This document shows, piece after piece, positions 51,069-61,553 of a stretch of DNA of 64,000 nucleotides. Within the stretch, counting starts at the first letter, position 1; each line of letters opens with the position of its first letter. Source of the DNA: Candidatus Levybacteria bacterium RIFCSPHIGHO2_01_FULL_37_17 (GTDB taxonomy: Bacteria; Patescibacteriota; Microgenomatia; Levybacterales; UBA12049); assembly GCA_001782035.1 (NCBI GenBank), contig MFNL01000002.1, positions 124,865 to 188,864 on the forward strand. Reading direction: 5' to 3'. Made by a program: the position numbers and the translations under genes. The notes under the pieces were generated by a model. It had not been told where the DNA came from. It saw nothing but the letters and a program-made list of their open reading frames with translations, and searched no databases.

Positions 51069-51821
51069 CTAAAATTGAAAACCTTTAATATTTTCCTTCC
51101 CTATTATTATTATAATATCTGCGACTTCCCTTTTCAAAAGCTTGGAAGTTTTAAAATCTAAGAATTTATTTAACCTTTCTAACGTATAACTTTTTTCGCC
51201 GTAATACATAATTTGGGAGCTTGCTTTCGAATCTTCGGACTTAACCAATATTACATTTCCTCCTAGGTTAGATATAAAATTTGCCAATTTATTTCCTAAG
51301 CCCGCAACCTCCGTTGAGTTAATTATCTCTATGCTTTTTGCTTCCTCAATAATTTTGGGGTCCCGAAATGTTGTTTTGCTTTCTGCTTGACTTACAAAAC
51401 TTCGCTCGTATACCGAAGTTTCAGGGACTGACCTTGAAAAAAGCGCAATCCTTACTAGATCTATCACGGTCATATCTTTGTGGGACGAAGGCGAGATAAG
51501 CTGAGATACAAGAGTTGATGTAATTTTTTGACTATCTAGTTTTGAGTTTATTATTCCATCAACGGGCGCAAAAACATCGTCATTTTCTTGAGCTCTTAAG
51601 ATAGATATCGATTTCTCTTTAGGGGAAAATGAAGCATATACTCTTTTTTGTCCATCTACAAATTCAACATTATAAATATTTTTCCCATCAAAGCTGCTGT
51701 TTTTAACTAAAACTACGAATCTAAATGAAACTGAAATTACAATAAAAAATAGGAATATAGCAAAAAACAAAGTCGCAAGCTTTAAGTTGTTTTTGGGCTC
51801 TTTTCTTCTTATTCGCTGCAT
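51069..51821 (-). CDS. membrane-anchored LytR_C-domain protein (LCP-family-like)
   Basis: N-terminal TM. C-terminal VEIINSTEVAGLGNKLANFISNLGGNV matches the LytR_C pattern. Confidence 0.4.
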   Translation of the reverse strand: MQRIRRKEPKNNLKLATLFFAIFLFFIVISVSFRFVVLVKNSSFDGKNIYNVEFVDGQKRVYASFSPKEKSISILRAQENDDVFAPVDGIINSKLDSQKITSTLVSQLISPSSHKDMTVIDLVRIALFSRSVPETSVYERSFVSQAESKTTFRDPKIIEEAKSIEIINSTEVAGLGNKLANFISNLGGNVILVKSEDSKASSQIMYYGEKSYTLERLNKFLDFKTSKLLKREVADIIIIIGKENIKGFQF

Positions 51822-51999
51822 AAAAACTAGAAATCCTTCTTCTTTCTGGAGATTATCTCGGGCATGGTATATGTGGGGGAAGAAAGCCCGAAGCTTTGAC
51901 TTTTATTCTTATTACCTTTTTTAGGCTTCTTTTTATCGCCCTTATAAAATCCACCGAAACTTCCCATATGTATAATCAAATCAAAATTCGAGGCTAAAG

Positions 52000-52713
52000 T
52001 CAACTCCGCAAGCTTACAAGAAATGAGTTTAACTCTTCAGGCAGAAAGCATTCAAAGTTAACATTTTTACCGTTTTTTGGATGCTTAAAAGAAATTTTTG
52101 AGGCATGCAAAAAAATTCTTCCTAAAATCTTGCGATCCTCTCTTGCTGTTTTTCGTCCTGCGTACAGGGAATCGGAAAAAATGGGGTGGTTAAAATACTT
52201 TAGGTGAACTCTAATTTGATGTGTTCTTCCGGTTTTAGGATTTAACTCAAGAAGAGTTAATCCCCCACTTGTCCGGAACCTATCAATAACTTTATATTGG
52301 GTTTCCGCAGGCCTTCCCCCAGCCAAAACTCCGAATCTTTTTCTATTCCAAGGAAGTCTTCCAACGGGCACATTGATTTTCCCACTATCCCCTTCTATAT
52401 TTCCGTGAACTAGCGCTTTATAGGTTTTTTCAACTGATCTTTCTTTAAATTGCTCCTGAATATTTTCAAATGCATCCTTTGTTTTGGCCGCAACTAAAAT
52501 CCCAGAAGTCTCCTTATCTATTCTATGAACAATCCCGGATCTTTTGTAAAAATCCGAATCTCTATCTGCGTTTTTAGAAACCAGATGTTTTTCATCTATA
52601 AAATCTTGGACAGTATACTGATTAGTGGTTGTATCCGAGCGGTTAACAGTAATACCCGCAGGCTTGTCCATTATTAAAATACTCTCGTCATCGTAGATTA
52701 TGTTTAAATTCAT
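52000..52713 (-). CDS. RluA-family pseudouridine synthase
   Basis: HRIDKETSGILVAAKT catalytic Asp motif. Confidence 0.85.
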   Translation of the reverse strand: MNLNIIYDDESILIMDKPAGITVNRSDTTTNQYTVQDFIDEKHLVSKNADRDSDFYKRSGIVHRIDKETSGILVAAKTKDAFENIQEQFKERSVEKTYKALVHGNIEGDSGKINVPVGRLPWNRKRFGVLAGGRPAETQYKVIDRFRTSGGLTLLELNPKTGRTHQIRVHLKYFNHPIFSDSLYAGRKTAREDRKILGRIFLHASKISFKHPKNGKNVNFECFLPEELNSFLVSLRS

Positions 52714-53405
52714 TTCTTGTTAAGTAGTTTGTTCATCACTTCCTGATTAATAAGAAGTACAATTGATAAAAATATAACTACAAAGGATAAAAGATTTTCT
52801 ATCCTAAGAAATGAGAAGTTAGATAAATTAGAAAAAAGTTTAACCAAAAAATAAAGCAAGGAAAAAACCGTTAGAAAAATTAAGCTAAAGCTTCCGTCTT
52901 TTAATTCCCCTTTTTCTGAAAGTTTATATACGCCTTTTATAAATACTAAACTGATTACAAAAGACAGAAACAAAAATATATTAAAAAATGTGTCTGTTTT
53001 CCCAAGTTTGAGAATAAAAAAAAGAATATATGCAATTGGTAAAACTCCTAAAAATGCAACTGTAAATAAATCGATAACTCTTCCAATCGGATATTTTCTG
53101 TATTTAGAATATATTGCAACAAATAATAATCCACCTGCAATTGCTCCAATTAACGAAAGTCCTGGAATATGCGTAAACGCAATAAAACCAAGAACGTTAT
53201 TGAATGCAGAATTAGGATATGAAACTACGTGGAAAAGTCTTGAAAAAAATAAGGAGGCAAAGGCTGAAATTATTGAGAGATTAAACATCTTATATATCAA
53301 GACGTCTCTTCGTATTAAAAGACTATCATCTTTGCTTACCAGATAAAGATTATATAAAAAAATTACAAAGCAAATTATTAATGTTAAGAAATACAAATAC
53401 ATCAT
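52710..53405 (-). CDS. hypothetical membrane protein
   Basis: Multiple TM segments. Overlaps rluA by 4 nt. Confidence 0.5.
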   Translation of the reverse strand: MMYLYFLTLIICFVIFLYNLYLVSKDDSLLIRRDVLIYKMFNLSIISAFASLFFSRLFHVVSYPNSAFNNVLGFIAFTHIPGLSLIGAIAGGLLFVAIYSKYRKYPIGRVIDLFTVAFLGVLPIAYILFFILKLGKTDTFFNIFLFLSFVISLVFIKGVYKLSEKGELKDGSFSLIFLTVFSLLYFLVKLFSNLSNFSFLRIENLLSFVVIFLSIVLLINQEVMNKLLNKK

Positions 53406-54670
53406 TTTTTATCTGTTACAAAAATTCTAACGAACGCGACTAAAAGCACTATTGCTCCAATAATTGTAATTACGCTCCTTACCCCAATTAAATCGGCGAC
53501 AATACCAACTAATAGTACAGGGAAAAATGAAAGTATTCCGATCATTGTGTTTAGCACTCCGTAGATCTTTCCTCTACTCTCATCGGTGGACTCCTCCTGC
53601 AATGTGGTATTTGCAGGAACAAATATAAAAGCAGTTGCAAAACCTATAACAAATGCAAGTGCTACTAATATATGAAGTGCGTTTATCTTAATAATGTTAG
53701 GTAGATACATATTTGCAAATTGTACAATTTGCCTTGTCTCGAATTTATCTCCAAATGGCATAAGAAGTATTGAGACTCCAAGTATAAGTAAACCAAACTT
53801 TGTAAGAGAGGATTTATCAAAATTATGAAAAAAGCTTCCAATCACCAAAGCACCTAATGCAATTCCAACCACAGCAGGGGTGATAAAAAGAATTGGAAAA
53901 TCCTCTATAGCTATTTCTAAGACTCTCTCGGCATATCCAGGGCCAATAACAGCCAACACATATACAAGCACCTGCGAAAGTGTTAATGCGAAAAGCGCAT
54001 GATATAAATTTTTAGTCTTAGAGAGCAATGTCAAAACCTGTTTGATCTCGCTAGCAAAACCAACGGCAACAGGGGTAATCTCATTTGACAACTTACTTTT
54101 GACTTGTATCAATGAAGCAAAAAGTGCAGCGATAAAAAATAATAGGCTTGTGAATACAAACACATTTGTTTTTCCGAAAATATAAAGTATTGGACCGGAT
54201 AGCGCATATGCAAGAAAAATTGAGATGTACATAGTCATTCCGAATATTGCATTGGCTGAAAGCAAGAGTTTTCTACCTACCAAAACAGGGATTATAGGAG
54301 TTTCTGCAGGAATAAAAAATTGCGTTATCAACGATACGCTAAACGTTATTAAATAAATTGAAAGTAAATCGCCCTGTAAAAATATTAATGGAAGAAGAAG
54401 TAACCCCCTCAAAACATTGCTCATAAAAAGGACATTTTTTTTATTCCACCTATCAACTAAGACGCCTGCAAGTATTCCGAATAAGATCGCAGGAAGAGTA
54501 AAGGCAATAACAACGCCTGAGACTGCCAAGTTGGATTTTGCAACAGCAAAAACCACTATCAGAAGAATGAAGTTGAAAAGATTCATTGAAAACTGGGAGA
54601 AAAATTCCGAAAGAATAAGAAGTAAAAAGGGTTGCACTGCCAGCGCTTTTAAAATGAGATTGTTTTTCAT
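53402..54670 (-). CDS. MFS transporter
   Basis: 12-TM architecture with MFS loop motif (GVLVDRWNKK). Confidence 0.75.
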   Translation of the reverse strand: MKNNLILKALAVQPFLLLILSEFFSQFSMNLFNFILLIVVFAVAKSNLAVSGVVIAFTLPAILFGILAGVLVDRWNKKNVLFMSNVLRGLLLLPLIFLQGDLLSIYLITFSVSLITQFFIPAETPIIPVLVGRKLLLSANAIFGMTMYISIFLAYALSGPILYIFGKTNVFVFTSLLFFIAALFASLIQVKSKLSNEITPVAVGFASEIKQVLTLLSKTKNLYHALFALTLSQVLVYVLAVIGPGYAERVLEIAIEDFPILFITPAVVGIALGALVIGSFFHNFDKSSLTKFGLLILGVSILLMPFGDKFETRQIVQFANMYLPNIIKINALHILVALAFVIGFATAFIFVPANTTLQEESTDESRGKIYGVLNTMIGILSFFPVLLVGIVADLIGVRSVITIIGAIVLLVAFVRIFVTDKK

Positions 54671-55231
54671 TTAGTTCGCTTTTTCACTGTAGGAACCTGT
54701 TCTTGTATCTATTTTTACCTTATCCCCGGTCTTAATAAACAAAGGAACTTTTACCGTCACGCCATTATCAAGTTTTGCCTCTTTAAAAACGTTAGTTGCG
54801 GAATTACCTTTTACCCCAGGAGGCGTATCCTCAACTGCAAATATCATTTTTGGAGCAAGATTAATAGCTAATGCCTCGTTTCCCAAAAAGCTAATACTAA
54901 AATTTTCTCCTTCTTTTAGATAATAAATATCTGAGCCGATAATATTTAATGGGATTTCTACTTGTTCAAATGTTGAGCCATTCATAAAATAAGCGCAACT
55001 CGAGTCTTTATATAAATATTGCAATTCTTTTTTTGCAACAGTTACATCTTTTACCTTTGCCCCATTTATGAAACTTTTATCTGTAACTGAGCCGCTTCTT
55101 AAATTTTTTACCTTTACTTTTATATTGGCGCTTCCCCGCCCCATTTTAATGTGCTCGTATGAGAGTACTTGAAGTAGATTTCCATTTTCCTCAAAAATTG
55201 TACCTGCTCGAAGCTCTGTTACTCCAATCAT
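54671..55231 (-). CDS. efp: elongation factor P
   Basis: KMGRGSANIKVKVKNLRSG region and three-OB-domain length (186 aa). Confidence 0.9.
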   Translation of the reverse strand: MIGVTELRAGTIFEENGNLLQVLSYEHIKMGRGSANIKVKVKNLRSGSVTDKSFINGAKVKDVTVAKKELQYLYKDSSCAYFMNGSTFEQVEIPLNIIGSDIYYLKEGENFSISFLGNEALAINLAPKMIFAVEDTPPGVKGNSATNVFKEAKLDNGVTVKVPLFIKTGDKVKIDTRTGSYSEKAN

Positions 55232-55232
55232 T

Positions 55233-56186
55233 TTATTTTCTTTTAACGCGGATAAGTCCGGAGCATGGGATTACCGAAACGCCCTTTCTTTCCAACTCGT
55301 CCAAAAATAAGTTTGCTCCAATTGAATCAGCAGCCATATGTCCGCAATCTATAACATTAATATGCGCTTTTTTAAGCTCGCTTAACGCATCTTCTGGAAG
55401 ATGCATTTCAACTATTGTCCCTACTCCTGCTTTGGCCATTTCCATATAAAGTTCTTTTGAAGAACTTGTTCCACCCGTAAAACCGACAGCTACTTTTCCG
55501 GCTCTTGAATGCTCGCCTCCTGAAACAATACTGGGCCCTGCTTTTCCTTTTATTGCTTCTACAAATTCCGGAATCTCGTTTACATATTCAAAAACCTCTC
55601 CAACTGTTTCAAGCTTCTTTTTGCTTAAATAATCCTGCATGAATCTGTTTCCCAAATTATCCCAGACTGTGTGGATTACCAAAAGTGGAATATCTAAAAG
55701 CCTTGCTGCATCTACTGCCTGATTATGATTTGCAGGAGCCAGTTTTCTTTTAACTTCTTGCTGTTTTTCTGATAAAAGTGCATGGGCAACATTAATTGGA
55801 ACTCCTGCTTCTGCAAACATTTCTGCTTGAACTTCCATAACCTCGTAGAGTGCGGCTAAGGCGTGTCCTGCTGGATGGTGGGAAATTAAAAGATCTATAT
55901 TTTCTCCTTTTTGGTTAAGCCTATCAGTAAGCAGAATTTCGGAAGCATCGGCGTCTATTCCTGCCAATACCTTTTTTACAGCTTTCGAAGGCTCTCCATA
56001 TAAAATCCTCGTATCTGCAAATGGGTTTTTAAGCGTATCCTTGTCGAAGTATCTCTTTTTTTTCTCGGGTAATTCGTCAAATCTTTTTTTTGCTCTTTCT
56101 AAAAATCTTTTAACACCTGCGTCCCCTCTTGGATCCGCTTTAATTCCCATGTCAATAGCTAGTTCATAAATTTGTTGAAGCTTCAT
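55233..56186 (-). CDS. NIF3 (DUF34) family dinuclear-metal-centre protein
   Basis: KKVLAGIDADASEIL...DLLISHHP and LLVIHTVWDN match the NIF3 conserved His clusters. Confidence 0.5.
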   Translation of the reverse strand: MKLQQIYELAIDMGIKADPRGDAGVKRFLERAKKRFDELPEKKKRYFDKDTLKNPFADTRILYGEPSKAVKKVLAGIDADASEILLTDRLNQKGENIDLLISHHPAGHALAALYEVMEVQAEMFAEAGVPINVAHALLSEKQQEVKRKLAPANHNQAVDAARLLDIPLLVIHTVWDNLGNRFMQDYLSKKKLETVGEVFEYVNEIPEFVEAIKGKAGPSIVSGGEHSRAGKVAVGFTGGTSSSKELYMEMAKAGVGTIVEMHLPEDALSELKKAHINVIDCGHMAADSIGANLFLDELERKGVSVIPCSGLIRVKRK

Positions 56187-56225
56187 AGCTGAAAGTATAG
56201 CTTAATTGTGCTTATAACTCAAACT

Positions 56226-56308
56226 GTGGGCAAGGAGAGATTCGAACTCTCAAGGCCTTGCGGCCAATAGTTTTTGAGACTATCGCGTATACCGTTCCGC
56301 CACTCGCC
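56226..56308 (-). tRNA. tRNA-Leu (anticodon CAA), CCA not encoded
   Basis: Reverse complement folds as a cloverleaf: acceptor GGGCGAG/CTTGCCC, anticodon stem ATAGT/ACTAT with loop CTCAAAA, long variable arm GGCC-GCAA-GGCC, T arm GAGAG-TTCGAAT-CTCTC. Confidence 0.8.
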
Positions 56309-56407
56309 CGCGAGCATAATTATATCAGTTTCATAAAAAAATTAAACTAACCCTGCAATTTCTTTTAGGATTAGTTTAATTTGTAATAATCTAATATCAG
56401 ATTACAT

Positions 56408-56686
56408 TTATTGGGCTGGGGGCATACTGCCTCCACCCATATTTCCACCCGCACCTCCGCTTTGATCATCATGATTTTGATCATCGCTTGGAGTTTGCAT
56501 AGGCTCTTGCTGCCCCATTGGTTCACCCGCTCCAGGTTGTGGCATTGGTTCGCCTCCACCTGCTGGTGCACTTGGTTCCCCTGCTGGTGGCATTTGATCA
56601 TCTACAGGTGGATTCTGCATAGGATCTTGTGTTGGAGCATTTGCTCCACCTTGATCACCCATTGGTTGTTGATTTGGATCGTCCAT
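56408..56686 (-). CDS. Pro/Gly/Gln/Met-rich low-complexity small protein
   Basis: ATG overlaps the dnaB stop, suggesting translational coupling. Repetitive PxGxEPM units. Confidence 0.4.
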   Translation of the reverse strand: MDDPNQQPMGDQGGANAPTQDPMQNPPVDDQMPPAGEPSAPAGGGEPMPQPGAGEPMGQQEPMQTPSDDQNHDDQSGGAGGNMGGGSMPPAQ

Positions 56687-58017
56687 TAACTTTCACCTCC
56701 TTCCCGTTTTTTATCCATATTATAAAATCTTATCCTATCTCCCCTAAAAAGTAAATCGATTTCTCCCATTGGCCCGTTACGGTGTTTGGCTACTGCAAGT
56801 TTTGTTGGTATAACATTGCCGGTAACTTCTATGTCTGTTCTATATAAAAACATTACAACGTCAGCATCCTGCTCTATTGCTCCTGATTCTCTTAAATCTG
56901 CAAGCTGGGGCTTTCGCTCTCCTCTATGCTCAACGGCACGAGAAAGCTGTGAAACAGCAAGAACGGGAATTTTTAATTCCCTGGCTAAATTTTTTAACCC
57001 TTGCGAAACAATCGATACTTCAACAACTCTACTGTCATATTTTTTACCCGGATCCGCAAGCTGCAGATAGTCAACTATTAGAAGTTTAACGCCATATTCA
57101 AGTTGTAGTCTTCTTGCTTTAGTTCTTATTTCCGATATTGAAAGCCCAGGAACATCATCGATGTAAATTGGCGCATCGGCAAGTTCCCCCATAGCAGTAG
57201 ACAATTTTGTAAAATCAGCTTCAACCAATTTTCCTGTTTTAAGTCTCCATGCGTCGATATCTGCTTGTCCAACCAAAAGTCTATCGACCAGTTCCTCTTG
57301 ACTCATTTCCAAGGAGAAAATTCCAACAGGAAGTTTTTGTGCAACAGCAACGTTTTGTGCAATATTTACAATCATTGCAGTTTTCCCCTGTCCGGGACGG
57401 GCAGCCAAAATTAAAAGATTGCTCTCCTGCATTCCAGAAAGTATATTGTCCAAATCATTAAAACCTGTTCTAATTCCTCTGTACCCTGCGCCCTTCTTGT
57501 GCAACTCATCAATTCGCTCAAAGCTTTCCGCTAGGCTTTCTTTTAAGGAGGTAAAACCTCTTACATTGTGCCCTTGGGAAATTGAAAAAATTGAACTTTC
57601 CGCCTTATCCAAAAGTCTTTCTAATGCCTCTTGCTCATCGAATGCATTTTCTGCAATTTTTCCCCCCGCCGAAATTAAACTTCGCCTAGTTGATGCCTCT
57701 TTAATAATTTGAGCATATTCTTCAATATTTGCAGCAGTTGGAACTTTATTGACAAGCTCTGTAAGATAAGACGTATCGACAAATTTGTCTTGTTTTTTAC
57801 TTTTAAGTTTTGATTTTAAAGTTAAAACATCAATTGGCTTTCTTTCCTCAAACAAAGAAAGCATTGCATCAAATATTATCCCGTTTATTTGGTTATAAAA
57901 ATCAGAGGCAGAAATAATACCGGACACAAGTCCTATTGAGTCTTTATCGATTAAAATCGCCCCTAAAACACTTTCCTCCGCATCGCTATTGTTTGGTGGA
58001 ACTTTTATGTTTGCCAT
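56686..58017 (-). CDS. dnaB: replicative DNA helicase DnaB
   Basis: N-terminal EESVLGAILID, Walker A GQGKTAM, and the RecA-like C-terminal domain. Confidence 0.9.
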   Translation of the reverse strand: MANIKVPPNNSDAEESVLGAILIDKDSIGLVSGIISASDFYNQINGIIFDAMLSLFEERKPIDVLTLKSKLKSKKQDKFVDTSYLTELVNKVPTAANIEEYAQIIKEASTRRSLISAGGKIAENAFDEQEALERLLDKAESSIFSISQGHNVRGFTSLKESLAESFERIDELHKKGAGYRGIRTGFNDLDNILSGMQESNLLILAARPGQGKTAMIVNIAQNVAVAQKLPVGIFSLEMSQEELVDRLLVGQADIDAWRLKTGKLVEADFTKLSTAMGELADAPIYIDDVPGLSISEIRTKARRLQLEYGVKLLIVDYLQLADPGKKYDSRVVEVSIVSQGLKNLARELKIPVLAVSQLSRAVEHRGERKPQLADLRESGAIEQDADVVMFLYRTDIEVTGNVIPTKLAVAKHRNGPMGEIDLLFRGDRIRFYNMDKKREGGES

Positions 58018-58066
58018 AACGTATAAAAACTTTAGTTTAAAATTTCTTTTTTGTAAAGTGGTAAAA

Positions 58067-58585
58067 TCAGCTTAATTGATACAGAACCGTTTCTTCGGGA
58101 AGCTTGTCTTCCGTAATGCTTATTTTTGAAGAAGATGTACTTTCTTTGCCCAAACTTTGAACAGCAGATTTTGACATTCCGCCATAAAAAACTATCGCTC
58201 TTGGCTCCATGGCGGTAATTACGTTTTCGGGGATTTCGGAATTTGCATTAATTATTGCTATCTCGCATTCCCTAACCCTATCTGGTGGAATTTTAGATAA
58301 AACGGAAGATGTGCTCCAAACAATCTGTTTCCCATCGGAGCTAAAAACAAAAACTAAACCACTCTGCTCCTTTATAGCTGAGATTTTTAAGCCGGAAACC
58401 TCATATTCTCCGGAGGCGCTTATAAGTAGTCTATAATCATTTACTCGAGTCGGATCAGCGTCCTCATCTGTACTAATTACAACATCTGCGTCATTTTTGG
58501 GTGTTTTTGTGTTTGGATTTATTATTACGCTGGTTTTTTTTATTTTAAGCTTCAGAGAGTTTTCCGAAAGAAGAACAACATCCAT
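58067..58585 (-). CDS. hypothetical protein
   Basis: 172-aa ORF with no confident family assignment. Confidence 0.45.
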   Translation of the reverse strand: MDVVLLSENSLKLKIKKTSVIINPNTKTPKNDADVVISTDEDADPTRVNDYRLLISASGEYEVSGLKISAIKEQSGLVFVFSSDGKQIVWSTSSVLSKIPPDRVRECEIAIINANSEIPENVITAMEPRAIVFYGGMSKSAVQSLGKESTSSSKISITEDKLPEETVLYQLS

Positions 58586-58614
58586 ACGGATAATCCTAAC
58601 ATATTGATTTTACC

Positions 58615-59073
58615 TTGACAATACATTCTATTTTTCGTATTATGGGTTACCTGAGCATGAAACAAGAAAAAGTAATTCTTTCTTTTGTGGCAATTTTAAT
58701 AGGTCTTGCAGTTACAGGAGCAGCTTTTTTCCTTTATCAAAATTCTAAAAAAATAATAACACCTACAGCTATCACTAAAATCATAGCACCAACTCCAGCT
58801 TCTTCTTTTTATTTAATTTTGGACGAACCTAAGAATGAATCATTAGCTGATAAGAAAAGCATAAAAGTGTCAGGAAGAACATTACCTACAGCAATTGTTG
58901 TAATTATCACAAAAGCAGCTCAAGAAGTCTTATTACCTTCCTCGATAGGTAATTTTTCAACTACTATTCAAATCGAGGAAGGAATTAATTACTTAAGAGT
59001 ATCGGCAATTGATAAAAATGGAGAAACACAAACTATTGAAAGAGTTATAGGATATACAACGGAGGATTTTTAA
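58615..59073 (+). CDS. hypothetical membrane-anchored protein
   Basis: N-terminal TM. Confidence 0.45.
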   Translation: MTIHSIFRIMGYLSMKQEKVILSFVAILIGLAVTGAAFFLYQNSKKIITPTAITKIIAPTPASSFYLILDEPKNESLADKKSIKVSGRTLPTAIVVIITKAAQEVLLPSSIGNFSTTIQIEEGINYLRVSAIDKNGETQTIERVIGYTTEDF

Positions 59074-59074
59074 T

Positions 59075-59821
59075 ATGGGTGCTCGTACTAAAATATTGCT
59101 TATTACATTTGCTTTTTTGTTTTTTTTCTTTTTTGGAATTAATTCTGTATATGCACAAAGCCCTGATTTGCAAAAGCAGGTAGATGAACTTAAAGAAAGA
59201 ATTGCATCGAAGGTCGCAGAGCTTAATCTAGTTGAAAAGAAAGCGATACTAGGAACAGTAAAAGACGTATCTGATAGCCAGATGACATTGTCCACATTAA
59301 ATGAGGAGATACGATTCATAGATATTGATGAACTTACTAAATTTTCTTCGGGTACAATTGATAATTTTGGTATCTCAGACATTAAGCAAGATATGACAAT
59401 TGGAGTTATTGGCCTTTTTAATAAAGACTCGCGAAGAACTCAGGCTCGCCTTGTTTATGAAGAGCAAAAACTTCCAACAATTATTTACGGCGCGGTTTAT
59501 GCAATTGATGCAGAAAATTTTAATATTACTGTTGCTAAAGAAAATGGTGCTAAAAATATTGTCGAAATAGAAACCATAACTAAAACATCAAGCTTTGAAG
59601 ATGGATCGCTTGTCAAGGCAGGTTTCTCTAAAATTAAAGAAGGACAAACTATAATTGCAATTGGGGTATTAGATATTGCAAATAAAAATAAGATTGTTGC
59701 ATCCAGAGTTTTACTTTTTCCAGAAATTGCAGTCAGTTCTAAAATTAACTTAGATAAAAACATCCCTACAATTCCCGCTTCAACAGGTTCCGGAGTCAAA
59801 GTTCAACCTATCATTAAGTAA
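59075..59821 (+). CDS. hypothetical secreted/membrane-anchored protein
   Basis: N-terminal hydrophobic signal-like segment. 2-nt spacing from the previous ORF. Confidence 0.45.
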   Translation: MGARTKILLITFAFLFFFFFGINSVYAQSPDLQKQVDELKERIASKVAELNLVEKKAILGTVKDVSDSQMTLSTLNEEIRFIDIDELTKFSSGTIDNFGISDIKQDMTIGVIGLFNKDSRRTQARLVYEEQKLPTIIYGAVYAIDAENFNITVAKENGAKNIVEIETITKTSSFEDGSLVKAGFSKIKEGQTIIAIGVLDIANKNKIVASRVLLFPEIAVSSKINLDKNIPTIPASTGSGVKVQPIIK

Positions 59822-59850
59822 TAAAACGCCACTTATTGTATAATTAGTCT

Positions 59851-61047
59851 ATGCAAAATGTGCAAACCCTTAAGGGTTTTCGTGATTTTCTGCCCATCCA
59901 GGCAAGAAAAAGAGCTTATGTTTTAGAAACTTTGAAAAAAGTGTTTGAGTCTTATGGCTTTGAGCCGCTCGAGACTCCTGCCTTAGAGTATGAGGAAATA
60001 CTAACTGGAAAATACGGAGACGAAGGTGACAAGTTGATCTACAAATTTGAGGATAATGGGAAAAGAAAAGTTGCTATGCGCTATGATCAAACAGTACCTC
60101 TTGCCCGAGTTGTTGCGCAGTATCAGAATGAACTTCCTATTCCATTTAAACGCTACCAAATCCAAAATGTCTGGCGGGCGGAAAATACACAAAAAGGAAG
60201 ATTTAGAGAATTTTTGCAAGTCGACGCAGATATTGTCGGCTCCTACTCTCCCCTAGCCGATGCAGAGGTAATTTCTCTTGCCCTAAATTCAATGAAAGTG
60301 CTCGGATTTAAAAAATCTCAAATTTGGATAAACGATAGATCTGTAATCGATAGATTATTCCGAGATAAAAAACTATCTTCTGTATTGGATAAGTTAGAAA
60401 AAATTGGCAGAGAAAATGTCATATCAGAATTGCAAAAATCAGGAGTAGATAATGCAACAGAGATGCTTTCAGAATTAGAAAAATCTGAGCGCACTGAGAA
60501 GTTGCAAGAAATATTCAATGTTCTTGAAAAAGAAGGATACAAAGAGAATGAAGATTTTAAATTTGTTCCTAATTTAGCAAGAGGATTAGATTACTATACG
60601 GGAATTATTTTTGAAATAAAAATTCCAGATTCCGCTTATTTGCTCTCAGTTGCCGGTGGTGGCAGATATGATAATTTAATTGGCATGTTTGCAAATAAAG
60701 ATATCCCTGCAGTCGGTTTTTCATTTGGATTTGATAGGTTGATAGAAGCAATGGAAGAACTTGATTTATTCCCTAAAGAACTGAATACGAATGCTCTTTT
60801 TGTTGCTTTTTCCTCTTCTGAATTACAAGAAAAAGCAATGAAAGTAGCACAAGACCTAAGAAATAAAGGCGTTAATGCCGAGTTTTATCTGGATGATGCA
60901 ACTCTTGAAAAACAACTTAAATACGCAGATAAAAAGCGAATTGCTTATGTTTTAATTGTTGAAAAAGACAAGTTTAATTTGAAAAATATGAGTACTGGAA
61001 ACCAAGAAGAAGTAAAAATTGAAGAAATAGGAAAAATATTGACTTAG
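59851..61047 (+). CDS. hisS: histidine--tRNA ligase
   Basis: Class II motifs (RYDQTVPLAR, FQVDADIVG, GGGRYDNL) and a C-terminal anticodon-binding domain. Confidence 0.85.
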   Translation: MQNVQTLKGFRDFLPIQARKRAYVLETLKKVFESYGFEPLETPALEYEEILTGKYGDEGDKLIYKFEDNGKRKVAMRYDQTVPLARVVAQYQNELPIPFKRYQIQNVWRAENTQKGRFREFLQVDADIVGSYSPLADAEVISLALNSMKVLGFKKSQIWINDRSVIDRLFRDKKLSSVLDKLEKIGRENVISELQKSGVDNATEMLSELEKSERTEKLQEIFNVLEKEGYKENEDFKFVPNLARGLDYYTGIIFEIKIPDSAYLLSVAGGGRYDNLIGMFANKDIPAVGFSFGFDRLIEAMEELDLFPKELNTNALFVAFSSSELQEKAMKVAQDLRNKGVNAEFYLDDATLEKQLKYADKKRIAYVLIVEKDKFNLKNMSTGNQEEVKIEEIGKILT

Positions 61048-61529
61048 CACTTTCTTCCGCTTCTTCTTCTTAACATCTTATTATATATTTTTAAAGCTTT
61101 ATCAAATTCTTTTATAGATATCTTTTTTGCTATCTTTAACTCTTCTGTAATTGCAGCCATTATTCCAAGTTCTGCAAAAGACACAGCGCCTCTTAAATGA
61201 ATAAAATCTTTATCATCATCTGATCTGGGTAAACCAAGCGTTAATTCTGGTCGGGTTACTTGACCTCTATACGTATTGAAACTTTCAAGAATCAATCCAT
61301 TACTCAAATCTCCTGATGAAACATATTCTTTACCCACTCTTACAACGTTTGCATCTGTTAAGCGTATAAATCTATTATCTTTTACAAAGATAGCGACTCG
61401 CTGATAATCTATACGTCTTTGAACATTACCCTCTTTAACTTTTTCCATTGCAATTACCACCAACGGTCTTCCCACCCTGGCAATTTCAAACTTTGACGGT
61501 TTTCTTTCAAAAAGTCTTTCCACGATCAC
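61044..61529 (-). CDS. hypothetical protein
   Basis: 161-aa ORF. Confidence 0.4.
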   Translation of the reverse strand: MIVERLFERKPSKFEIARVGRPLVVIAMEKVKEGNVQRRIDYQRVAIFVKDNRFIRLTDANVVRVGKEYVSSGDLSNGLILESFNTYRGQVTRPELTLGLPRSDDDKDFIHLRGAVSFAELGIMAAITEELKIAKKISIKEFDKALKIYNKMLRRRSGRKC

Positions 61530-61553
61530 CCATTATACAGAAGAAGTAAGTTT

